Positions 1 to 13,296 are shown, counted from the first letter of the stretch. The stretch is DNA of 64,000 nucleotides from Takakia lepidozioides (GCA_030704615.1 CM060733.1:25792001-25856000), one strand, 5' to 3'. The notes: generated by a model not told the origin, from the sequence alone. Program-made: numbers and translations.

Positions 1-2107
1 CAGCGAGACGATTTGTAAAAATGCCGACCGAAGTTTCATGATGTCGCCCACGCAATTGTTCCCACATGGATTTCCTTCGCCATTCATCAGATTCTCAACA
101 AAGTTCCAGTGCACGTGCATGCCTGCTGATCTGGATCTTTTGTGAACCACACTGTTACTTCGCTGTGGTTGATGACGAAACTCTACGAAATAAGTTCATT
201 CCGGGGGGAAGTCCCCCTTTCTTTTCAGGAAGCCTTCACACTTTATTTTCAGTGATGTCGATTGCTTCTTCTCTGCCTACAGAGGCAGCGATGCTTGTTC
301 ACGACAGGATCCCGAATGACGAACTTTCCGCAGAGTGTGGTTATGAAGAACGTGGACAACACTAGGATCAGGTCACCGACCGAAAGCTGTCAGTGGCCAA
401 CTCATGCGCGGTGTCTGCACCATGCGAGCTTCTCTGGCACAGTAAAGGCACTGGAAGCTGGCGGATAGGAGAAGGTGTCAGTTGAGCGACAGGGGGGGCG
501 TGGCATGGTGCCTGGCTGGCTGGCCAAACACAGGCCATGGCGGCCAGCCATTGCCCGGCCTCAAAGAATGTGCCAAAAGCTGCTGTAAGTACATACTACT
601 CAGCTCCTGCCCACGGAACATTGCAACATTGCAAAGCTGGCACCTCTGTCTACCTACACCAGCCCCCCACCTTCGGCCCCTCTTACACCAGTGAAACGTG
701 TCGGCACTGGCACACTATTTATGTTTTGGCGGCATCATTCTCCATCATTTTTTTCAACATTGTTCTCTCATTCTCGAGTCATTCTCTCCAGCAAAAATAG
801 GAAAAGGGAAACATGGTCGATTATTGGGATACACAGTAAGCCATGATGAATGGTTTATGGAGCAGGCGGCAGTCCACTCTCTCTGTTTTTTTCTTTTTTT
901 CCTTTTTTTTCTTTTTTAAGGGGAGTCTATGTTGAAAGTTAGTGAGTAGATGATGAATGTATGCAGAGATTATCCAACTTGGCATTCTAACAAATACGGG
1001 TAATTTGCACCATTTAAATTTTTTTTTTTTAAATCCTTATGTTTATCTTTAGCATCGTATACTTCTTTTACAACAACTACAGCAAATCAAAGAATTACAA
1101 ATATTACAAAACTACAAAAACAGGTCACCTGAACGGACTCAACATGAAAAACAGAAAATAAAATAACAATGGCATGTCCGAGGATCATGCTCCTTTACGA
1201 TAAATGTTACTGACCAGTCGGTGGATTGTTTTCGGGCAGAAATAGTCCAGTGATATTGAAGCACTGAGATTCAAATCTACAAACTGCTGCTTTTGTAAGA
1301 GGATGATGAAGTATGGGCTCGACATGATGGCAGCCACAAAGAAAATGTGCGAGAGATCACAATCCATGGTAGAGTTACCATGATGTTGCGTACTGTGAGA
1401 GCAAGCAGTCGTTATTATGACTGCTTCATCCTCCCTCGGAGCAAAGCGCGTTGGAGGAAGTTTCCATGCTCCATCCACTCGCTGCAGACCGGCTTCTCCA
1501 CAAGCAACCACAAAAGCAGGGATGTTGACCATCTCTCCCGTAAGTAGCAGCATTGGATTCCCTACACCTACCCACATCTGATGCTTGAGTCTGAAAAATA
1601 GACTTCCCCACAATAGTGTCAGAAGGGAAAGCCCGGGAGCTTCCAAAGCCGCAGCACCAACCCCCCTTCTTCTTCTACTCGTGGTTAGCAGATTCAGCCT
1701 TGAATTTGCGTTTAGGTCAGGGGCTCGGAAGAGAAACGCCCGAGGCTTGCTTCCACACGACATTGGACTTGTCTCGCAGTCTCCTCGTTGCTGCTACATG
1801 CACACGCTTTCCCCGCCGTCTGCCCTAAATTATTTATTAGGGTTTCACAATCTGCTCTGCATCAGCAGTGCAACAGTTGGAAATTAGAAAGCGAGCATGG
1901 CGGCGGGGAAAGCTCCGGCCATAGCCTTGGCACTGACTTGGTCAGGCATTCCTTTCCACGAATCTGAGCCCACTCGGAAACAAAAATAGCCTGGGTGGGA
2001 AAGGTTCGGCCCTAATAGGGTCGCCATTTGTCTCGTACCTTTGAGCTATCTATCACCAAGCTAACTTGTTCTACGTTACAAGTTAGGTAATGCTTCTCAC
2101 TAGCTAA

Positions 2108-2332
2108 GGCCCCCCTCGCACGGAGCTGCTAACCCATGTTAGGCTAACTACAAAATTACGACCGCGCACTGCCTTGCTTTAAATGTTTTAGTGCTAACTA
2201 CTGCTATCTATTCTATCCCTAGTAGTTTAGGGCGATTTTAGAAGTACCCCCCCTCCCCTAGTGCTAAATCTAAATTGGCACGCCGTTTTCGGGCAGCTGC
2301 CCCCAGCCATTTTGCCGTTTCACCATTTTCGC

Positions 2333-2380
<48 letters not shown>

Positions 2381-3497
2381 GCGTCTCGCTCGCTCTCTCT
2401 TGCTCCTTCTTTTTAGGTGTCTTTGGCGACCAGATCCTCTTTGTGTTTCCTGAAGGTCTTGTACTTTGGAGGCCTAGGGCCCTTTCATCAACTCATTTGA
2501 TACTAGAATGTCTCACCAAGACTAGGTCTTTGGAAGTTCTCACGCATGTTCTCATTGTGCAAAACAAAGAGACGTCCCCACCCACTGCCATAACCAAAAT
2601 GGCTGCCCCCTCTATTTTTCTATGCCTCTCTGTTTGAACTTGGGCTGCAAGCTGCAGAAAACATGGCACCATCTTCAGATTCTGAAAATTTTCCAGGCTG
2701 GAAGCGATGGTGCCATAGTATTTGGCTGGAAGATTATCAAACTAGTTCACCACACTGTCCATCTCTCTTCCATTGCAACAACACCCATCACTATTTTATC
2801 CTCTGTACTTGCTGGAAGCATGGGTCTACGACCATACCTGCAGCACATTTCAGATCATTTAATATCAGTTATCAACCGGATTCCATCAGTCATCAGTTGG
2901 ATTTTCATCAGTACCAAAAGTTCAACGAAGGTGGGTTATTTTTTAATCTTCCTGACAATGCTGCTCGGAAATATTATAAACAAACCCTTACGAAGGAGAT
3001 GATCTGGGGCAACCACGGAGGAATACCCTCGACCTTCCCCCTCACTAAAGTTTAAATTTCTTGGACCTGTGGCAAAATTACATTTGGTCAAGTCCAACTG
3101 ATGGCTGACATTTTAGCAACACCCCAGATCTTTGCACTTCTTGATAAACTGATCAAGACGAACCCCTTGCATTGCAACTCCTTCAGAGTTCCCCTTCATT
3201 CAAAACGAATTGCTGCAATAGTAAATTTTCCTTCATGCGAAAATGCAGCAGGCTGCTGATGAAACTGTGGACCGTCGCAACCAAAAGAAGGTTGGAGATG
3301 AAGGAGCGAGGAAAAACGGCGAGGGAAAACAGGCAGGGGCAGGAGCGACGGTTTAAAACTAACATTCCGCGCTAAAAATTGCTACGCTAACATTTTGGTG
3401 CGGCCGGGGTACAACTAGTCGGAGCGACAGTTAGGAAAGCGGGCCTGCTACCGGCTTAGCAGGCCTGCTACGCTAGCAGCTCGGTGCGGCGGGGGCC
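2108..3497. mobile_element. Non-autonomous or degenerate PIF/Harbinger-like DNA transposon
   Basis: 26-bp imperfect terminal inverted repeats (TIRs): GGCCCCCCTCGCACGGAGCTGCTAAC versus the right-end reverse complement GGCCCCCGCCGCACCGAGCTGCTAGC (22/26 identical). TAA flanks both ends (2105-2107, 3498-3500), the typical PIF/Harbinger TSD. No intact transposase seen. Confidence 0.75.
2335..2376. repeat. (CT)n microsatellite, about 21 units
   Basis: Directly visible. Confidence 0.95.
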
Positions 3498-5419
3498 TAA
3501 TCTAATCAACGAAAATTGGACTCTACAATATAGGGCTTTTACATATCAGTGATTTGTGCCTGTATGTAGATCGTTGAACTTGCATCCAAACATGACCGAT
3601 TAGGAATATCAAACACACCCATGTTGGTGCAGAGAAGGGGCATTCCATAGAGGCAATGATTTGCAATGTGTTGCAATTCAATTGTTCACATACCAAAAAT
3701 GCACAATTCAATTGAACTGCCAAAACACCTTGAACACAATTTCATGCGAAGTTCAATTGAATTGGAACAACTACTGACGGTAACGGAGGCCGATGGAGGA
3801 GGGCTCCGCATGTTGCGGTGCGTGGCCGCCGAACTTAGTTTTTTCAAGTTGCCATGGCAACACCCTCCTAGGATGCCCTCATAACAACCTCCAATATGGT
3901 GGATGACTGCTCAGTGAAGCCTTCATCACCTAATAATCACCCCCGACACCCCCCTTCACAATTATCTGGTGGCTCGATTAGCTCACACACGCCGCAATAT
4001 CTCTCCCCCTAAACCTCTTCCAGAATCCTCTAATTTCTCCCCTCTCTCTTGCACTGATCGAGGCCTTGGCGGCTCCACTGCACCCCCCCCCCCCCCCCCC
4101 CCGACAAATGCTTGTGAGCTTATGCGTCCCACACTAAATAGCTGACGGCAGGCTGTCCCCTTGTTATGTTAAACAATGGACGTTATTCAAACCTTGGCAG
4201 ACTCTGTTCATTCTAAAGGGAACATCAGACCCATATCGGGCTCCTCTTAGGCACTCCAGTGTTACTTTTTTTCCCAGTCGAGGACCGAAATGGAATATGC
4301 TTCAGGATTATCATTTAAGGTAATGTTATCGCCGTCTCCCTCCCCTCTGACCCCAATGCTTCCACATTATTTCGTTGTTGCGAATTCACAACAAATTTTG
4401 TCTCAAGGCATTTTTCTAGTATATCCCTGTAGATGCATATAATGGTACATTTTTCTTTTCAAATCATTTTTTAAGACAGGCAGTTTCGGCATTGTAATGC
4501 CAAAACGGGGCAGTTTATCAGTTAATTGGAAATCATTGGTACAACACTTAGGAACTTAGACAGAGTCTGCGATGACATGGAGAAGAGCTCTGGCGTCAAG
4601 ATGACCCTAGGAAGCTGCATCGACAGCAGGTTAGGCTGCCAACTTGATATTGGTAACGGCAAGATCAACCTGTTCGAACAATGTAGGGCGGCTGTTCGAG
4701 TCCCAGATTGTGATCTTTCTGTTCTCCAGTCTTTCAAGTCCAGTAAGAACACACGGCAATGAGTATTGGCAATTGGAGGAAACAACTTGTATAGCGATGA
4801 GATATCGCAACAAAGCAGAATGCTGCATCGGAGCAAACGGCGGGTTAGTAGCTTCACAGTGAAGTTTTGACTCCCCAGCGATGCGAAGCAAGTAGTAGAA
4901 GGACTCCAGGAAGATATGTGACCAAGTGGCAGGGCCAGATACCCCAGCAGCACCATCACTTATTTATTTTCCAGGAAGGAGCAACCTCCTATACGGCGAA
5001 ACGGCGAAAACCGGCAATTGAAATATCTATTCATCTCCGATCACCCTAAAAATTTGCAGACATCTACGGGGTGCCCAATTATAATTTGTCACCAAGTTTG
5101 GTGATGTATAAAGGAGATTAGTGACAACATCAAATTATCAAGTCAACAGCATTCACCGACGATTATTTGATTTTCTACTTCATCCATGGAATGGAAATGG
5201 CAAATTCGCCCTGGAGGATGGATGGATGACAAATGACAACTAACGACAACTAGTCATCCAAGTGGATGGATGAAAAATAGTTTTCATTGGCCTCCAAGAC
5301 TTTTCATCCATTTCCTTAGTTTATTTCAATCTATGAATTTTAAACTATAGATCCTTCAAGGTTAATATTTCTCACTAGTTTTTTAGGACCAAAAATGGTA
5401 TAAAAGAAGATGATTTCAA

Positions 5420-6430
5420 ATTGTTCCAAAACGTTGGTCACCCTACTTGAAATGGGTTGTCGCAGACTCCCTCCCACTTCGTCTCGTTTTCCACACCGGC
5501 CATTTGGGAATGCTGGCAATCCGAATTTGCACAACGCAAGTGCCCAGCGCAAATGGATCTCCGAAACTTCAGGCCATGCGGATTATAGATATTTGAAGTT
5601 TTAGTCCGACACCATGGGTGTCCATCGTGTTTCTTGTCCATGCCCGCCATGAGTCCAGCCAAACCTCCACATGACGTCGGAGGTGGCAGTTCAAAAACGA
5701 TGTCTCCATCAAAATCAGCGAGTAGAAATTTCGCTCTTTGGATCCGCTGTGTTTCCCAAACAATGCCTCTCACATCGCTCTAGCATCCTGGCAACCCTCT
5801 CAACGACTGCAACTTGGGAATGACACTAATGATCTCCTGGACATCGGGGTCTACCAGTATAGGAGGGTTCGTAGGAAGAGGGACCTCTGTGACTTCGTCT
5901 TCTGAACTGTCCGAGAGGTCGACAAATGTCGTGGAGGTAGTTTCTTCTGTCTTGATGGGGACCGATTTTGGCGCATGCGCCACCGGAGCTACTGTTCCGG
6001 GCATGAGTATAGTGTCCGATGAAAGGCGTCTCTGATCTCCATGAATGGGTACTTGGCGGGTGGAACTCTCCACTCTCTTCGACCAACCCGTTTTTGCGGC
6101 TTTTGAACCTGTGTTCTCTCAACCTTCCCACTACTATCGTACACCTCTCTAACCACATGGACGGTCCCTAATCAAATCCTCCTCAACAACGGCCAGTCCA
6201 TTGTCGTCGGCCACGGCGCTCGGGTACTCGGCTTGCAGAGGGGAGTACAGTATTACCACGTCTGAGGTGGGAGACATTGTGTGCATGGACTGGGGTGAAG
6301 CACACTGGACAATGTGGGGCGACTCCTCTTCTGTGTTCATACTGTTTATCTTCGCACAATGTACTTTCTCCTTTCCATCATTCTCATGGTAATCATGCAA
6401 CATTTCGCCGCCATAGAAACAGCTGAGCAA
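5420..6430 (-). pseudogene. Truncated gene with a GCM/WRKY-fold-like zinc-binding DNA-binding domain, probably transposon-derived
   Basis: ORF 5438-5773 DGHPWCRTKTSN..LKFRRSICAGHLRCANSDC resembles the GCM pattern (W..TNN..LKKSCLGVVVC..DC). Collinear upstream ORFs 5780-6073 and 6149-6430 are broken by stops or frameshifts. Confidence 0.5.
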
Positions 6431-6786
6431 TATTAAGAATTACGAGGGTGTGTTCAATTTTCTGACAATGACATATTTGCCACGGACAAACCCGCAACCC
6501 ATTCCATAACGACCCCTATGTAGATCGAACACCAACTGACACCCACGCGTACGCGGTCTCCATACAGAGGTTTCACGAACAGGGCCCAGACCGGCAATGA
6601 TGGTCCATGCCAGTTGGCCATCACCAAGTTGCAGACCAGACAACCCCCCCAGCCGCAATTCGAACAAGTCAATTAAGAGCCGTTTACGTTTTATGGGAAA
6701 ATCCCAAATGGATGATTTCAGAGATGAAACCCCAACCGCCGTCCATCCATCCGTTTCCTGGACCCTAATGGAGTGTTGGAAGATGA

Positions 6787-7808
6787 GTGTCCCGTAAGTG
6801 TCATTTCGAACTATTCACACCGGAGCCTCCCAAGAACGTCATTGTTTCTGCAAAGAAGAGGTCGCGTAGGAAGTCTCTTTACTACACGTCGGCGAGGCAG
6901 AGGTTGAAAGCGAGAGAGAGGATGAGGAAGACTCGGAGGGCACTTGATCTTACCGAGGGGGAGAGCGACCGTGAAGGGGAGGGATCTGCTGGCGAAGGGT
7001 TACAGAATAGGGGAGTCGCGGAGCCGTCTGTGGACAAGCAGCTGGAGGAGCTTTTGGAACTTCCCCTTTTGCGTGAGGCTGGGATGGAAAGAATGCCACC
7101 TATAAGAAAGGAGGAAGGCATGCCCAGCAGTGATGTTACTCCTGTGCAGGAGGTCGTTACGAAGCAGGTGGCCGTGCATACCCGGGAGCGCCCATCCAAC
7201 ACAACGCTGTCTTTGCGGGCGTTGAAGGACAAGGCACAAGTGGGAGGCAACATGCGAGCAGTGGATTTGGAGACGGACAGCGCTGAACAGAGTCTCCTTC
7301 AGGTAGCACCACCATTGTGATGCATAGTTCAGTTCGTTTTTGCATTGTTAGAGATGAAAATTGGTGGAGCCAGCGGAGTATGCCCTGCATTTTAAGATGT
7401 CGTTGATGACAGCTTAATCTGCAATCGCATCCTCACCGCCTTACCCTCCTCTCTATTTCCCACATGTTCCAATGCAGTGCCAAATTAAGGTGTCGACAAC
7501 ACAACTTAAAATGGGCCTGATTTGTCGATCAAACAATGGGTGATGTTTTGCAGAGGAAACGGAAGAAAGCCTGGGAGAGTCTCCGTGAGTTACCAGCCGA
7601 GAAGAACGCACCAGACCAGAACTCTGAAATGGTCGTCAACGTGGTGAATGAGGAGGAGGTGCCAAGGGTTCACTCTCCACAGTGGGCTGTGGCTACAGTG
7701 GAGCAGCCAGTGGACACACAAGCACGAGTGAAGGGGGAGACACAAGTGCAAGGAACAATGCGACCTGCAGAGAAGGGGTCTTCCAGCGGCCGTCCAAAGC
7801 CTGCTAAG
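6787..7808 (+). CDS. Hypothetical basic, low-complexity protein, two predicted exons (6787-7302, 7554-7808), 3' part missing
   Basis: Two ORFs join in phase 0 through CAG|GT (7303) and TTTTGCAG| (7553); next donor AAG|GT at 7809. NLS-like KKRSRRK and RKRKK. Confidence 0.45.
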
Positions 7809-7954
7809 GTTCGTTCTAGCTTGCCCATTCTCATCTGTGAGGGTTGTTGTGAATCAGAAAAGAGGTCGATAAGTTCGAAGCCTGCCATGGTTTTTTGAAA
7901 CATAGAAGACAAGGCTGGTGGGTATTTCAGAGACTTTCATAAGAACTGGAGGAG

Positions 7955-9512
7955 GCTGATTAAGGCATCGTTGACGATACCTTAATCTGGTCAGCCATTC
8001 ACATATTGAGGGTTTCTTTCAAACATAGAGGAACACGATTAAAGCACAAGTTTCCGCTTCATGAGTGGACTTTGAAGCAGAATGAAGAATGCAGATTAAG
8101 GCATCGTTGACGATACCATAATCTGGTCTGCTATTCCCAGGGTCTCTTCGAAACAGAGACGAACAGGCTTACTAGTAGGCATACACGCTGGTGAGGGTTT
8201 CTGAAGCAGAATAAAACATGCAGATTAAGGCATCGTTGACGACACTTTAATATAGTATGTCTTTCCCGGTTTGAGGCATCGTTGATGACACCTTAATCTG
8301 GGAGTGGGAATCCGTTTAGCGAATACTTTGATGCAGAGAGGAACAGGATCAGGAGTGGACAATATACACATTCAGTGGCTGTTTTCTTCTGAAATATGGA
8401 GGACGATTAATCTGGCCTGTAAAATGCACGTAGAGGCATAGTTTGAGGCAGAGATGAACAAGATTAGGGGTGGATAGTCTGCCTAGTGAGGAGACGTTCG
8501 AAACCAAAAATATGAGTGGTATTAAAGCATCGTTGACGATGCCTTAATCTGGAGTGAAAACCTAGTTTTGATTGGACTTTCAAGCAGAGATGAACAGGAT
8601 CCAGGGTCGAGAGTATCAAAATTCAGTGGCTGTTTTGAACAGAAATAAGGAGGCAGATTAAGGCATCGTTGACGACACCTTAATCTAAAATGTCAAATAC
8701 ACTTTTCAAACATACTTTGAAGCAGTTCAGAGACACGATTAGTGGTGGGTAGTCTGCACTTTGAGGGATGTCTTGAACATAAATGAAGATGCAAATTAAG
8801 GCATCGTTGACGATACCTTAATCTGGAGTGTAAAATTTGTTTCTGGGGATACTATGAAGCAGAGAGGAACACGATCAAGGGTTGAGAATATGCTCATTGA
8901 AGGGCTGTTTTAAGCATAAACAAGGAGGCAGATTAAGGCATCGTTGACGACACCTTAATCTGGCCTGTCAAACACACTTTTCAAGCATACTTTGAAGCAG
9001 ATCTGAACACGATTAGTGGTGGGTAATCTGCACTTTGAGGGATGTCTAGAACATAAATGAAGATGCGAATTAAGGTATCGTTGACGATACCTTAATCTGG
9101 AGTGTAGACTCTGTTTCTGGGGATACTATGAAACATAGAGGAACTCGATGAGGGGTGGAGAATATGCTCATTGAAGGGTTGTTTTAAATACAATCAAGGA
9201 GGCAGATTAAGGCATCGTTGATGATACCTTAATCTGGAGTGTAAAATCTGTTTCTAGGGATACTATGAATCAGAGACGAACACGATCAGGGGTGGGGAAT
9301 GAGCTCATAGAAGGGCTGTTTTAAATATAAACAAGGAGGCAGATTAAGGCATCGTTGACGACACCTTAATCTGGCCTATCAAAAAAACTTTTCAGGCATA
9401 CTTTGAAGCAGTTCAGAGACATGATTAATGGTGGGTAGTCTGCACTTTGAGGGATGTCTTGAACATAAATGAAGATGCGAATTAAGGCATCGTTGATGAT
9501 ACCTTAATCTGG
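7955..9512. repeat. Tandem array with about 137-bp period and a conserved 34-bp palindromic core CAGATTAAGGCATCGTTGACGATACCTTAATCTG
   Basis: Core ATTAAGG positions: 7959, 8095, 8224, about 8273 (partial), 8521, 8657, 8795, 8932, 9069, 9206, 9343, 9481. Degenerate copies at about 7391 and 7484. Confidence 0.95.
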
Positions 9513-9739
9513 AGTGAAAAATCTGGACTTCAATTCATAGAGGAAGAGGATGGGGTAAGAGTGATTTGCAAAACAAGTTTTGGCCACACTCTACAAATGA
9601 CCAACATGCCATATCCATAGATCACTGCCCAACTGAAGTCATTGAGTAAGGATAATCTGCTGTGCAGCTAGGTCCAGCACTATCGTGGACATGTCAAGAG
9701 AACATTAGAAATCATTTTGAGAATGAATTCAGGTAGTTC

Positions 9740-12337
9740 CAGAGAATGGTGGTGCCAGCTACCTTGTCACCCAAAGTGACATCCACTTCCAGGGCTGCCT
9801 TGAAATACATATCCACCAAGGCAGTGTTTAGAGTGACAACTCCAGCTTTGACGATGTCATCATGGACCCTTTTGATGGCTGCCAGGCTCACATTTGACGT
9901 AGATGTACACCAGGGGAATGTTCAGAATGACATCTGGTACAATTCCAGCTTGGATAATGTCACCATAAACCTCTTTGCCCCTTCCCAGGGCTGCTAGGCT
10001 CGCATATGCATATTACAAAAAACAAATGAACATGACGGTCTGGTCTGGCTTCATCCCTTCCCACATCATTTGCTCTTATGTTTCCAAAGCCTTAATCCCA
10101 TACCCATGCTGCACATACCTTGCAATCATGGCACTCCAAAATACCACAACTCGTTCAGCTATATTGTCAAACTCTCCCTTCACATCAGGCTTGCTGCACC
10201 CACATTTGGCATACATGTCCACCAAGGCAAAGTTCAGAATGACAATTTCCCCTTTAACGATCGGCATAAGCAAGGGGAAGGAGAAAGCAGAGCTACTGCT
10301 CTCTCCCAGCGCCAAAAAAACCAAAAGAAAAAAAAATGGAGGGGCTGAGAGAGCCGCCATGGCTGTGAAGTACCAGTATGCTGCAACGTGATGTGGTTGG
10401 GCTTCACCCCTTCACAATCTCCAAAGCCTCCTTGCCAACCCAGTATATAAACAGAGTACACATAAGTTCCGTGCTTTGCATCCTCAATGCACCCACATTG
10501 GGCATACATGTCCACCAGGGCAGAGTTCAGAATGACATCTGGTACAATTCCAGCTTTGACAATGTCAACATAGACCTCTTTGACCTTTTCCAGGGCTGCC
10601 AAGCTTGCATAAGCATTGCAATCACACAAAAACGTGATGTGGTTGGGGCTTCACCCCTTTCCCCATCATTTGATCATAGGTCTCCAAATCCACAATCCCA
10701 CGCCCTGCTCTGCATACCCTGCGATGCTTGTGAGTGTGTACCTGCTTTCCAGCTTCCAGACCTTTTTGGCATGAATCCACATCATTTGTTGGCATTAGGA
10801 AAGGGTTGAGACTGAGCTGCTCAACTACTCCCTGGTCTTACATAGTGGGTTTACATAGTGTGCCAAGCACAACATCTGGAGCCAAAGCCTCCATCCAGTG
10901 CCCCTGCTGTGCATACCCTGCAAGCATCGAGTTCTACGACACCACATCAGCTCTGACAATGTTGCCATGGGCCTCTTTGCCCTTTTCCAGGGCTGCCAGG
11001 CTTGCACACGCACTGCAACCGCACACAAACCTGATCAGCCCAAAACCAATGGCCAGCCTCTCACTATGGTGGCAAAGAGAAAATTCCTTTTCCTCCTCCC
11101 CCACATCATGCAATACAAAGCGCGTATCAGACACATACCCCGCCTCCTTTCATCTGCCCAGACAATCTTCTCAGCTCAGCATGGATTTCCTTAATTGGGA
11201 TGCAACTTGTCATCTATAGCAAGGTGTGCAACCTGTTGCCAACCCCAATGCAGCAGCGACCTGGCTGCTTTCTAACCCTTCTGACCTTCATCATTCTTCT
11301 CACCTTTGCAGTATCATCCCACCTGCTAGCTGCAGCATACATGTTTGATACTAACACATAAGTCACAACATCGTGTTGATCCCATTTGAGGATAGATGTT
11401 GCCGCACGTTCAGCCATCTCCACATTGCCATGGATTTTGCAGGCACCAAGCAAGGCCTTCCACACCACAAGATCTGGATTGATTGGCATCTTATCAATCA
11501 GATCCACTGCCTCATCCAGTTGTCCCGCATATCCAAGAAGGTCCACCATACAGCCAAAGTGCTTGACTGTCGGAGTGACACCATGATCTTGATTTTATTC
11601 ATTCAGTAGGCCAGTGTGGCTACATGCAGAGAGAACACATATAAAGGTGAGACTGTCCGGCTTCAAGCCATTCTTTTGCATTTCCTTCAAATAGTTGCAG
11701 GACCTCCCTATGACCATGCTGGGCATATCCTACGATCATCGCATTCCACGACACCACATTTCGTTCAGCCATATCGTCGAACACTCCCTACGCATCCTCA
11801 ATGCACCCACATTTGGCATACATGTCCACGAGGTATTGTTCATAATCACATCTGGTACAATTCTAGCTTTGGCGATGCAACCATGCACCTCTTTGCCCTT
11901 TCCCAGGGCTGCCAAGCCTGCACACGCACTGCAAACACACACAAACGCGATGTGGTTGCGCTTCACCCCTTCCACCATCATTTGCTCATAGGTCTCCAAG
12001 GCCTCCATCCCGCCCTCCTGTAGTGCATACCCTGCAAGCATGGCGTTCCATGACACCAAATCTCGTTCAGCCATATTGTTGAACACTCCCTCCACGTCCT
12101 CAATGCCCACATTTGACATGTATGTCCCCGAGGGTGTTGTTCAGAATCACATCTGGTACAATTCCAGCTTTGACGATGCAACAATGGACCTTATTGCCCT
12201 TTTCCAGGGCTGTCAGGCTTGCACAAGCATTGCAAACGCACACAAAGTGATGTTGCGCTTCACCCCCTCCCCCATCATTTGCTCATAGGTCTCCAAGGCC
12301 TCCATCCCGTGCCCCGTTGTGCATATCCTGCAAGCAT
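9740..12337 (-). pseudogene. PLS-class PPR pseudogene mosaic with E/E+ and truncated DYW domains, followed by further scrambled PPR fragments
   Basis: Repeats LVDMYAKCG, DVVSWNAMLAGYA, GVKPNHITF; E domain WKALLGACKIHGN..YVLVSNMYA..RW; DYW start [28 protein letters not shown]. Many frameshifts. Confidence 0.92.
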
Positions 12338-13296
12338 TGTCGAGCGGCTTTTACTCACCCATCCCTTCGCTATCCGAGGTGGAAACTCCAAGATAGAAGA
12401 GTTGCATATCTCTAAGCACTCAACCCGCTCAGAACAATCAGTCCTGACCTACAGCTAGTGAATCATGGTTGTGCTTCCTATTTGTATTCCTTCTTGCCTT
12501 CATGTTATCAATTTACCTTACCGTGTATACTGAAACATCAGATTGCTTTAGTATCTACTAAGTTCCAGTTAATCATGCATTCATTCCACAGCTTCTCTCA
12601 TGTCTCTCTACACAGTATGTTTGTATCGATTCAGTATCGCATTAAGATTAATCATGTATCATGCCTATGCCATGGTGTCCCTAATCTACCCTACTGTATA
12701 ATTTTACAGCTTGCATGAATTAAGCCTCAATCAAGTCATCATCTCCTCTTCACTGTTTCCGCTCTCCGTTACATCTCCTCCTCTCCTGAACAAGTCGCCC
12801 TCCTCAAGAAGTGATCCTCTTCCTGTTGCCGCCCTGCCTAATCTACCCGCAAGCTATTCTAACCACCTAACTAACTAACCGTCACCCCTGAAGTAACACG
12901 TTCCCGCTGTAGATGTCGTTCCCACACAGTCGTTCCCTGTCAATGATAATTGTTCCTCATGTACACTGTGACAGGCTGTGTCAAGCTGTGCCGAGCTGTG
13001 ACTGGCTATGTAAAGCTGTGTCGAGTTGTGACTGGTTGTGCGAAGCTGTGTCGGGCTGTGTCAGACTGTGTCTTGTTGTGATAGACTGTGACGGGCTGTG
13101 TAAAGCTGTGTCGGGCTGTGTCAGACTGTGTCTGGCTGTGATAGACTGTGACAAGCTGTCTACCCCCCTTAAAGCCTGCGCCTGCCACCCCTAAGGCTCC
13201 TGTTGGTCTCAGTCTACCATTCATAAGTCTGTGCAAAAATTAAGGGTACCCCACAGAACCCGTAAAAGCGTCTAAGTCCCAAGCAGCCCTCTAACA
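12338..13296 (-). repeat. 3' LTR of element A (959 bp), with internal GCTGTG/CTGTGAC repeats
   Basis: Near-identical to 52316-53104; TGT..ACA termini; polypurine tract adjacent at about 13297-13313. Confidence 0.93.

Noticed and set aside
1-1900. LINE 3' end or host gene (poly-T runs at about 886-918 and 1018-1030, ORF 1185-1763)
   Set aside because: No recognisable RT, endonuclease or zinc-finger motif in the frames examined.
4522-5049. Short overlapping ORFs
   Set aside because: No recognisable domain; stops in the most plausible frame.
5064-5092. Mariner-like terminus TA-CGGGGTGCCCAA
   Set aside because: No matching inverted partner found in the window.
7955-9512. True CRISPR array
   Set aside because: Spacers are about 103 bp and homologous to each other (A/B classes), there are no cas genes, and the context is eukaryotic.
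9740-12337. Functional RNA-editing factor
   Set aside because: Frameshifts, retrotransposon insertion and a truncated DYW domain.
12913-13236. Cys-rich ORFs in the LTRs (also 41747 and 52692)
   Set aside because: Translation of the GCTGTG tandem repeat.
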